Positions 25,562-33,171 of a DNA stretch of 64,000 nucleotides are shown piece by piece. The DNA lies in NCBI GenBank assembly GCA_944372575.1, contig CALVZS010000007.1, positions 10,132 to 74,131 of the forward strand, written 5' to 3'. Position 1 is the first letter of the stretch, and each line of letters starts with the position of its first letter. Source of the DNA: an uncultured Clostridia bacterium (GTDB lineage: Bacteria > Bacillota > Clostridia > Christensenellales > Borkfalkiaceae). Position numbers and translations under genes: made by a program. The notes beneath the pieces are model-generated. The model was not told the DNA's origin. It worked only from the letters and a program-made list of their open reading frames with translations, and searched no databases.

Positions 25562-26682
25562 TCTATCTCGACTACGCCGCCACTACGCCCGTGCGGGCGG
25601 AAGTGTTGGAGGCGATGCTTCCCTTTTTTTCGGAGCAGTTCGGCAATCCCGACTCCCCGCACGCCTGCGGCCGCCGTGCGGCGGGCGCGCTTTTGGATGC
25701 GCGCGATGAGATCGCCGCCCTTCTGGGCGTTCGTTCTGCCGAAGTGTACTTCACCTCGGGCGGGACGGAGGCGGACAACTGGGCGGTGCGCGGCGTCGCG
25801 CGCGGCGGGGAGGACGGCATCCTGCTCTCGCCCGTCGAACACGCCGCCGTCCTGCAGCCCGCATCGCGCTCGGGCAGGCGGCGCATCGTCTGCCGGGTGG
25901 GGGAGGACGGCATCGTCTCCCCCGACCATGTCCGCGAACTGCTTGCGCGCGAGGGGGGCGTGTCGCTGGTGTGCGTGATGGCGGTCAACAACGAGACGGG
26001 GTGTGTGCAGCCCGTACAAGAGCTTGCCGAGGCCGCCCATGCCCGGGGCGCATACTTCTTTTCCGACTGCGTGCAGGCGGCGTGCTCGTGCGATCTGAAG
26101 GCGCTCGCGCGCTGCTGCGACGCGCTTGCCCTCTCCGCGCACAAGGTAGGCGGGCCGAAGGGCGTGGGCGCGCTCATCGTCAGAAAGGGCGTGCCGCTCA
26201 CCCCGCTCATCGTGGGCGGCGAACAGGAGCGCGGCCTGCGCGGCGGCACCTCCAACGTGGCGGGGGTTGTGGGCTTTGCGCGCGCGCTCGCGCTGGCGCA
26301 GGCGGAGCGGGAGGCCTTCGTGCGGCGGACGGAGTCGCTGCGCGACGGCTTTGAACAGCGCATCCTCTGTGCGCTCGGCGGGGAAGTGCGCGCGGACGGC
26401 GGGCGGCGCGCGCCCAATATCTCCCATCTCACCTTTGCCCGCGGCGGCACGGCGTTTCTGGCAGCGCTCGATCTGGCGGGCGTCGCCTGCTCGGGCGGGG
26501 CGGCGTGTTCGGCGCACAGCGCACAGCCCTCGCACGTCCTGACGGCGATGGGGCGCTCCGCGCAGGAAGCGCTGCGCGGCGTGCGCTTCTCCTTCGGGCG
26601 GGAGACGACGGCGGAGGAGGTGCGCGAGGCAGCCGCGATCGTCATAGACAGCTATCGGAAATATACAGGAGAAGGATCATGA
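25558..26682 (+). CDS. cysteine desulfurase (NifS/IscS class V aminotransferase)
   Basis: 374 aa. MIYLDYAATTP..., SAHKVGGPKG PLP-lysine and C-terminal GGAACS active-site Cys loop. Confidence 0.9.
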   Translation: MIYLDYAATTPVRAEVLEAMLPFFSEQFGNPDSPHACGRRAAGALLDARDEIAALLGVRSAEVYFTSGGTEADNWAVRGVARGGEDGILLSPVEHAAVLQPASRSGRRRIVCRVGEDGIVSPDHVRELLAREGGVSLVCVMAVNNETGCVQPVQELAEAAHARGAYFFSDCVQAACSCDLKALARCCDALALSAHKVGGPKGVGALIVRKGVPLTPLIVGGEQERGLRGGTSNVAGVVGFARALALAQAEREAFVRRTESLRDGFEQRILCALGGEVRADGGRRAPNISHLTFARGGTAFLAALDLAGVACSGGAACSAHSAQPSHVLTAMGRSAQEALRGVRFSFGRETTAEEVREAAAIVIDSYRKYTGEGS

Positions 26683-26972
26683 TCAAACACATCGTCTGTT
26701 TCAAAATGAAGGAGGGATGCAGTGTCGAGGAGGCGCGGCAGATGCTGCTCTCCATGCGCGGGCGGGAGGAGACGGCGCTCGCGGTGGAGGTCGGCGTCGA
26801 CGCGCTGCACTCGCCGCGCTCGTACGATCTGGTGCTCATCGTCACGCTCGCGGACTTCGCCGCCCTCGAACGCTATCAGACGGCGGGCTATCACGCCAAG
26901 ACCGTCAAGCCCTACATGCATACGGTGACAGACACGGCGAAGTCCGTCTCGGTGGACTTTGAAGCGGAGTAA
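26679..26972 (+). CDS. Dabb (stress-responsive alpha/beta barrel) family protein
   Basis: 97 aa. MIKHIVCFKMKEG... is typical of the Dabb fold. ATGA overlap with the upstream gene. Confidence 0.8.
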   Translation: MIKHIVCFKMKEGCSVEEARQMLLSMRGREETALAVEVGVDALHSPRSYDLVLIVTLADFAALERYQTAGYHAKTVKPYMHTVTDTAKSVSVDFEAE

Positions 26973-27104
26973 TCAATTCGCACGAACTTCAGCGCTGTCG
27001 ACCTTATTCGACGGCGTTTTTTTCTTCTAAAACGCCTGCCCGCCGCATAGAGTATGATAGTCCGGCGGAGAAGTCCGCCCGGAGAAACATGTAAGAGGTG
27101 GGTT

Positions 27105-27827
27105 ATGAATGAAGAACTCAGTTATGCCGAGATGCTGGAGATCCCGGTGGAGACGGTGACCGTCAACCGCAGGGAGAAGAAGCGCCGCGCCAAGGAGGAC
27201 ATCGCGGAGCAGGTCGTGGACACGGTGAACGACCGGGTGGAGTCGTCCGACCCCGCCTATGCAGAGAGCAGGCCCATCGAGCGCGAGGCGGCGCCCGACA
27301 AACGCACCAGGCGGGCGCGGCGCATCCTCTGGGGGGAATTTGCCGCGGCGTGCGTCCTTTGCGCCACCATTTTCCTCACCAATATCTTTATGACGGACAG
27401 CGCCATCAACACCTTTGTGCGCGGCCTGTGGAGCGGCGATGCCGATACGGCGGACACGCGCACCTATCAGGATTTCACGCTCTCGCCCGTCGTCAACCAG
27501 TTCTCGGACGTGGAGCTGACCGTCTCGGACACCGGCGTGCTGTCCTTCACGGCGGCGTGTTCGGTGTATGCACCCTGCGAGGGGGAAGTCGCCGCCGTCA
27601 ACGGCGATGCGGAGAACGGCTACACCATCGAGATCAGACACTCCGACAACTTCTCCACTGTCATGAGCGGGCTGAGCAATGTCTACTTTGCCGAGGGCGA
27701 AACGGTGCGCAGCAACGTGCCGCTCGCCTATACGGACGGCACGCACCCCGTGCGCGTGACCTTCTATGAGGAGGGGAGCCTTCTGGACTGCGTGACGGTG
27801 GACGGAGGAACGCTTGCCTGGAGCTGA
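27105..27827 (+). CDS. spoIVFA: SpoIVFA-like protein with degenerate M23/LytM C-terminal domain
   Basis: 240 aa with a central TM helix and an LytM-like C-terminus (GYTIEIRHSDNFSTVMSGL). Translationally coupled to spoIVFB. Confidence 0.65.
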   Translation: MNEELSYAEMLEIPVETVTVNRREKKRRAKEDIAEQVVDTVNDRVESSDPAYAESRPIEREAAPDKRTRRARRILWGEFAAACVLCATIFLTNIFMTDSAINTFVRGLWSGDADTADTRTYQDFTLSPVVNQFSDVELTVSDTGVLSFTAACSVYAPCEGEVAAVNGDAENGYTIEIRHSDNFSTVMSGLSNVYFAEGETVRSNVPLAYTDGTHPVRVTFYEEGSLLDCVTVDGGTLAWS

Positions 27828-28648
27828 TGCGCCTGCGCATCCATCCCCTGTTTCTGGCGGCTGGGCTCGTCTCCGCCTTTACGGGGGATCTCATCTTATT
27901 TCTTGCCGCCACGCTCGCCGCGCTCGAACATGAGTGTGCGCACGCCTTTGCCGCCAGGCGGTACGGCTTTGCGCTCGACAAGCTCATCCTCATGCCCTAC
28001 GGCGCAGTGCTCTCGGGGGACATATCGGGCATCGGAAAAAGGCAGGAGCTTGCCGTGCTGCTTGCCGGGCCGCTCGCCAACGCCGCAACGGCGCTCGCCT
28101 TCGTGGCGCTGTGGTGGCTCTTTCCCGAGACGTATCCCTACACCGAGGCGGCGGCGCAGGTCTCCCTTTCGCTCTTTCTCGTCAACCTCCTGCCCGCCTA
28201 TCCGCTGGACGGCGGGCGCATTCTGCACCTTGCGCTCTCTCCGCTCGGCGAAAAGCGCGCCCGCACCGTCTGCCGCACCGTCACGCTGCTGATCGCAGCA
28301 GGGATCGCGGGCTATTTCGTGTGGACGTGTTTCTCCGCGCCCGCCTTTTCGGCGCTCGTGTTCGCGGGGCTGCTTGCCGCGGGGGCGTTCGGGGGCGGCA
28401 GGTACGCCCGCCTGACCTTTTCCCGGGAGCGGGGGCTTGCGCGCGGGATCGAGGAGCGGCGCATCGTCATTGCGGGGGACAGGACGGTGCAGGATGCCTT
28501 CCGCTATCTGAGGGAGGAGAAGTATCTCGTACTCGTTCTCTACAGGGACGGGGAGTTTTTGGGGGAACTTACGGAGGAGGAATATCTGCGCGCACTTCAG
28601 GCGGGGAAATGGCAGACTCCGCTCGCCGAAATTTTGCCGAAATTCTAA
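27827..28648 (+). CDS. spoIVFB: site-2 metalloprotease SpoIVFB (pro-sigma-K processing)
   Basis: 273 aa. HECAH (HExxH), NLLPAYPLDGGRIL (NxxPxxxLDG) and a C-terminal CBS-like domain. Confidence 0.82.
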   Translation: MRLRIHPLFLAAGLVSAFTGDLILFLAATLAALEHECAHAFAARRYGFALDKLILMPYGAVLSGDISGIGKRQELAVLLAGPLANAATALAFVALWWLFPETYPYTEAAAQVSLSLFLVNLLPAYPLDGGRILHLALSPLGEKRARTVCRTVTLLIAAGIAGYFVWTCFSAPAFSALVFAGLLAAGAFGGGRYARLTFSRERGLARGIEERRIVIAGDRTVQDAFRYLREEKYLVLVLYRDGEFLGELTEEEYLRALQAGKWQTPLAEILPKF

Positions 28649-28733
28649 AAAGACTTGAAAAATGCGGGAACGTATGGTAAAATAGAAAAAATTGTCAGAA
28701 CGCCCCGCGGGGGCGGAAAGGGTACGTTTCCGC

Positions 28734-30230
28734 ATGAGGAAGGAATGGTTTTTCGATCATCTGTGCGGCGCACAGATCGCCGTGTATGCCGAGGACGGCA
28801 GGATCGCCGAGGCGGTCTTTGAGCGCGGCAACTGCGCCGAACTGACGGGCAATATCTACAAGGGCAGGGTATGCAACCTCGTTCCCGGGATGCAGGCGGC
28901 ATTCGTCTCCTGCGGGCTGGAGCGCAACTGCTATCTGCCTCTGGGTGAGGGCGCGGCACGCTTTACGGCCTATGACGGGGAGGGAAATGCGCTGCGCGCC
29001 CCCGATCTGAAGGAGGGGGACGAGATCCTTGTGCAGATCGTCAAGCCCCCGCGCGGCAGCAAGGGTGCGAAGGTGACGTGCGATCTCTCCTTTGTGGGCA
29101 AGACGCTCATCTATCTGCCGCAGACGGACTTTCTGGGGATCTCGCGCAAGATCGTCGAGGGCGATGTGCGCGAGCGCCTCTTGAAGGATGTGGACAAGCT
29201 GCGGGACGAAGGGACGGGCTTCATCGTACGCACGGCCGCGGAGGAGGCGGACAGGCGGCATCTGAAGATTGAATCGGAATACCTGAAGCGTGTGTGGCAT
29301 ACGGTGGAGCGGGCAGCGGCTTCCGCCGCCGTGGGCGACGTCGTCTACCGCGAATACGATCTTCCCATGAAGGTCATGCGCGACAGCCTGGGCGGCGGCG
29401 TCACGCGCATCTATGTAGGGGACAGGGCGACGTACGAAAACGTCGTCCGCCTTGCGCGGATGCGCCCCGATCTGGGCGAGCGTAAGATCGTCCTCTATGA
29501 CGGAAAACATGAGATGATGCGCGCCTTCGGCATTGCCGGTCAGCTCAACCAGCTTGCCGACCGCGTCGTACAGCTGGAGAACGGCGGATATCTGGTCATC
29601 GACAAGACGGAGGCGATGACGGTCATCGACGTCAACACGGGTAAATTCGTCGGCGAGATCGATCTGGAGAGTACGGTATTTGAGACCAATCTCGTTGCCG
29701 CGCGCGAGATCGCGCGGCAGGTTCGCCTGCGCAACATCGGCGGGCTGGTCGCCGTCGACTTCATCGATATGGCGAATGAGGCGCACCGCGCTGCCGTGGA
29801 TGAGGCGCTCTCGGCAGCGCTCGCGCTCGACCGCGCCAAGAGCCGCGTCTCCCCGATGGGGGATATGTGCGTGACCATGTTCACGCGCAAGCGCACCAAC
29901 AACGATGCGGCGGATTTCTATCTGCAGTCCTGCCCGCATTGCACGGGACACGGAACGATCTTTTCGGATATCTACCTCGCCATCTGTATTCGCGGCGAGA
30001 TCACCGAGCGCTTTGCCGACGACTATTCCTCCGCCGTGGTGGAGTGCAACCGCGAGCTTGCCAAAAATATCCTCTCCAAACGCTATCTTGCGGAGGAAGT
30101 GCGCACCGTCTGGGCGGGCAGGCGCATCTATCTCATCCCGCACGACGACTGGGCATATGAAAGGTTTTCCGTACATGGCGACAATGCCGGCGTGCTGTCT
30201 CTGCCCGACTCGGCGATGCTGTTGTACTGA
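28734..30230 (+). CDS. rng: ribonuclease E/G family protein (Rng-like)
   Basis: S1 domain (GNIYKGRVCNLVPGMQAAFVSCG) followed by an RNase E/G catalytic core. The start is uncertain (TTG at 28692 or ATG at 28734). Confidence 0.85.
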   Translation: MRKEWFFDHLCGAQIAVYAEDGRIAEAVFERGNCAELTGNIYKGRVCNLVPGMQAAFVSCGLERNCYLPLGEGAARFTAYDGEGNALRAPDLKEGDEILVQIVKPPRGSKGAKVTCDLSFVGKTLIYLPQTDFLGISRKIVEGDVRERLLKDVDKLRDEGTGFIVRTAAEEADRRHLKIESEYLKRVWHTVERAAASAAVGDVVYREYDLPMKVMRDSLGGGVTRIYVGDRATYENVVRLARMRPDLGERKIVLYDGKHEMMRAFGIAGQLNQLADRVVQLENGGYLVIDKTEAMTVIDVNTGKFVGEIDLESTVFETNLVAAREIARQVRLRNIGGLVAVDFIDMANEAHRAAVDEALSAALALDRAKSRVSPMGDMCVTMFTRKRTNNDAADFYLQSCPHCTGHGTIFSDIYLAICIRGEITERFADDYSSAVVECNRELAKNILSKRYLAEEVRTVWAGRRIYLIPHDDWAYERFSVHGDNAGVLSLPDSAMLLY

Positions 30231-30242
30231 AGGGGGCGTAGG

Positions 30243-31274
30243 ATGAACGGCAGATCGGCATCTGCCCCGCCGAAGGGCATCGGAACGGGCATCGCGCTCG
30301 CTGTCCTGGCGGCGGCGCTCTATTCCGTCAATTCGCCTCTCTCCAAATTGCTGCTCGGCTATATGCCCTCCACACTCATGGCGGGCTTTTTGTATCTTGG
30401 CGCGGGGATAGGGATGGGGGCGGTCGCTCTGCTGCGCAGGAGGGCGAGGGGGCTGCCCGCGGAACACAAACTCACGCGGCGGGAGCTGCCCTACACTGTC
30501 GCTATGGTATTGCTCGACATCGCGGCGCCCGTCTGCCTGCTCTTCGGCCTGCGCACCACTTCGGCGGCGAATGCCTCTCTCCTGAACAATTTTGAGATCG
30601 TTGCCACTGCCCTTGTCGCGCTTGCGGTGTTCCGCGAAAAGATCAGTCTGCGGCTCTGGCTGGGAATCGCGTGTGTGACGGCTGCGTGCGCTCTGCTCTC
30701 CTTTGAAGACGGCTCCGGCCTGCAGTTCTCCTACGGCTCGCTGTTCATCCTCGCCGCCTGTGTCTGCTGGGGTGTGGAAAACAACTGCACCCGCAAGATC
30801 TCCTCCAAGGATCCCATGCAGATCGTCCTCATCAAGGGCATCTTTTCGGGGCTTGGTTCCCTGGTCATCGGCTTTTCCGTCGGCGAACGGGTGGGTGCGG
30901 CGTGGAGCGTCTTTGCCGTACTCGGTGTCGGCTTCGTCGCCTACGGATTGAGCATTTTCTTCTATGTCTATGCGCAGCGCCTGCTCGGGGCGGCGCGCAC
31001 CAGTGCGTATTACGCCATTGCACCCTTCATCGGCACGCTGCTCTCCCTTGTGATCTTCCGGGAACTGCCGCACTACACCTTTTTTATTGCGCTCGCCGTC
31101 ATGGCGGTGGGGGCGTGGCTGTCCGCAAACGATGCGCCGCTGTTCAGGCGGCACAGAAAGGTGCGCAAGGGCGACGGGGCGGGAAGTGCCGAACAGGCAC
31201 AGCCGGGTGAGCAGAACGGGCAGGCGGAGCCGCCTTCTCCGTCGGAGGAGCCGGAAAACCCCGTGCCGAAATGA
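30243..31274 (+). CDS. DMT superfamily (EamA-like) transporter
   Basis: 343 aa, about 10 TM segments in two EamA halves, with a charged C-terminal tail. Confidence 0.85.
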   Translation: MNGRSASAPPKGIGTGIALAVLAAALYSVNSPLSKLLLGYMPSTLMAGFLYLGAGIGMGAVALLRRRARGLPAEHKLTRRELPYTVAMVLLDIAAPVCLLFGLRTTSAANASLLNNFEIVATALVALAVFREKISLRLWLGIACVTAACALLSFEDGSGLQFSYGSLFILAACVCWGVENNCTRKISSKDPMQIVLIKGIFSGLGSLVIGFSVGERVGAAWSVFAVLGVGFVAYGLSIFFYVYAQRLLGAARTSAYYAIAPFIGTLLSLVIFRELPHYTFFIALAVMAVGAWLSANDAPLFRRHRKVRKGDGAGSAEQAQPGEQNGQAEPPSPSEEPENPVPK

Positions 31275-31361
31275 TGCAAACAGCAAAAGCGTTTGGAATC
31301 AAATACGCCGCGGCGGGGTCATGCGACCCCGCCGCGGCGGCCTTTGCCTCGCATCGCGCAA

Positions 31362-31802
31362 TCAGGCGATCATTTCCTTCCATTTCTTTTCAAACGATTC
31401 CTCGGCGGAGAGCAGTTCCTTCGCGAGGGAGAGGATCTCTTCATCGCCTTCCTCGCTCACTTCACCCAGCGTGCTCTTGAGCGCCGTAATGCCCATCACC
31501 GTCCCCTGCACCATCATTTCGGCGATGTGTGCGCGGGAATTGTCCGTCATCGTGCTCATCTTGATGCTCGACCACATCATCGCCTTTTTGATGGGGCCGG
31601 GGTTCTTGAGTTCGATGTTCTTGTCCTTTGCAAGGATGGCGGCACGCCCGCCGATCTTTTCGTAGTCCTCATGCTGGCGCAGCAGCTCCTCTTTGAGCTG
31701 CGCATCCTCCGTTTCGGGCAGGATGTCCGAGATGGACTGCAGCGCAAGCTGGCAGTTGCGGTGTACCTCCGCCAGCACCTCTTCGCTCTTTTTGAGTTCC
31801 AT
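31362..31802 (-). CDS. hypothetical helical protein
   Basis: 146 aa, acidic, predicted all-helical. Good coding signal. No family recognised. Confidence 0.6.
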   Translation of the reverse strand: MELKKSEEVLAEVHRNCQLALQSISDILPETEDAQLKEELLRQHEDYEKIGGRAAILAKDKNIELKNPGPIKKAMMWSSIKMSTMTDNSRAHIAEMMVQGTVMGITALKSTLGEVSEEGDEEILSLAKELLSAEESFEKKWKEMIA

Positions 31803-31882
31803 ATGCTCCTCCTTCCCTTACAGTATGCGCGCAAAAACAGGATGGTATGCGCACAAAATTCGCCGAAGGCGCGCAAAAGCGG

Positions 31883-31911
31883 TTGACTTTTTTTGCAGGA
31901 TATGATAGATT
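31883..31911 (+). promoter_or_regulatory. promoter TTGACT-17-TGaTAGATT upstream of rplU
   Basis: Read directly from the sequence. Confidence 0.5.
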
Positions 31912-31914
31912 ATA

Positions 31915-32003
31915 CTCCGAGCCGCTAAGGACGGGCAGCAAAGGGTCATGCAATACGGGCCGCCTATGACGCCTTGCGAGACTGGGAAGAGGAGGTAAAA
32001 GCA
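31915..32003 (+). promoter_or_regulatory. possible L21 ribosomal-protein leader
   Basis: A ~90-nt GC-rich leader between the promoter and the rplU start, at the position of the Firmicutes L21 leader. The motif itself is not verified. Confidence 0.3.
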
Positions 32004-32309
32004 GTGTACGCAATCATCGAAAACGGCGGGAAACAGTACAAGGTTTCCGAGGGCGACGTGGTGAGAGTGGAGAAGCTCGACGCGGAAGTCGGGGCGGAAG
32101 TCTCCTTCAACGTCGTCATGATCGCGGACGGGTCTGCCGTCAAAGTGGGGCAGGACGTCGCAAACGCCAAGGTGACGGCAACCGTTCAGGCGCAGGACAA
32201 GTACAAGAAGATCATCGTCTTCAAGTACAAGGCCAAAAAGAACGAGCGCAAGAAGCAGGGCCACCGTCAGCCGTTCACCGCTGTCAAGATCGAGAAGATC
32301 GCTCTTTGA
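32004..32309 (+). CDS. rplU: 50S ribosomal protein L21
   Basis: GTG start at 32004, after [19 protein letters not shown]... is the canonical L21 N-terminus. Confidence 0.93.
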   Translation: MYAIIENGGKQYKVSEGDVVRVEKLDAEVGAEVSFNVVMIADGSAVKVGQDVANAKVTATVQAQDKYKKIIVFKYKAKKNERKKQGHRQPFTAVKIEKIAL

Positions 32310-32359
32310 CGCAAGGGGCGTCATCGCCCGGAAAATTTCGATTTAAGGAGATAACGGAT

Positions 32360-32626
32360 ATGTTTTTCATCAGTTTCTTCGCGCATAAAAAGGGAACGGG
32401 TTCCTCCCACAACGGCCGTGACAGCGAGGCGAAGCGCCTCGGCGTCAAGCGCCAGGACGGGCAGGCAGTGCTTGCGGGCAGCATCATCGTGCGCCAGCGC
32501 GGCACCAAGATCCACCCCGGCAACAACGTCGGCATCGGCGGGGACGATACGCTCTTCGCCCTCAAGGACGGCGTTGTCAGGTTTGAGCGCAAGGGCAGGG
32601 ACAGGAAGCAGGTCAGCGTATATTGA
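32360..32626 (+). CDS. rpmA: 50S ribosomal protein L27 (with short N-terminal propeptide-like extension)
   Basis: [31 protein letters not shown] at 32360, preceded by AAGGAG. Confidence 0.93.
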   Translation: MFFISFFAHKKGTGSSHNGRDSEAKRLGVKRQDGQAVLAGSIIVRQRGTKIHPGNNVGIGGDDTLFALKDGVVRFERKGRDRKQVSVY

Positions 32627-32641
32627 GACCGGGTCATCGAC

Positions 32642-32669
32642 CGCCGCCATATCTGGCGGCGTTTTTTTT
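32642..32669 (+). terminator. intrinsic terminator after rpmA
   Basis: Stem CGCCGCC/GGCGGCG followed by TTTTTTTT. Confidence 0.85.
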
Positions 32670-32777
32670 GCAAAAAATTCCGCACAGAAAACGGGGCTGC
32701 GCCGAACGCGCAGCCCCGCCTTTTACGTAAGAGGAAATACGAGAAGGAGCCGCGTCATTCGGCGCAGCCCCTTCGGT

Positions 32778-33171
32778 GTTTTCCTTCAAATCACGGAATC
32801 GTTTTAACCGCAGCCACTCGCAAAAAAGATTTGCTTTGCAAAGATTTTTTGCGATGAGGAGGGACGAGCGTTTTCAGCGTGCTGTTCGGCTTTGCCGTAC
32901 AGCCGCATATTGCGCTCCGTTCCGACGAGCCTTTGCGTGAGAAAATCCGTGAACTGGTTATAATTATTCGCGCAAGGAGGGTTTCCCTCCGCCAGCGCCC
33001 CACATTTGCGCATACCTGTGCTTATGCGGAAAGAGTGAAGGCGGCGATGTTATAATTGTTGCCAATTATCGCCGCAAAGAGAAAACCCGCGGTCAGCCAA
33101 AGGCGTGTCCGCGGGTTTTCTCTCAAACTCACGACTTTTTCTTTCATCAGTTTGAAAGAAAAAGTGTGAAC
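32778..33171 (-). repeat. modular structured repeat, copy B (H1 33128-33171; H2 33083-33125; H3 about 33048-33082; module 2 32808-32955)
   Basis: Reverse-strand copy. The G of the ATPase TAG stop is the first base of GTTCACAC. Module 2 is about nine-tenths identical to copy A by eye. Confidence 0.8.

Noticed and set aside
28695-31286. 863-aa minus-strand ORF antisense to rng and the EamA transporter. Similar cases are 46798..49797 (+), 50837..52480 (-) and 57469..60090 (-).
   Set aside because: Same reasoning: Arg/Gly/His-rich nonsense translations opposite well-supported genes.
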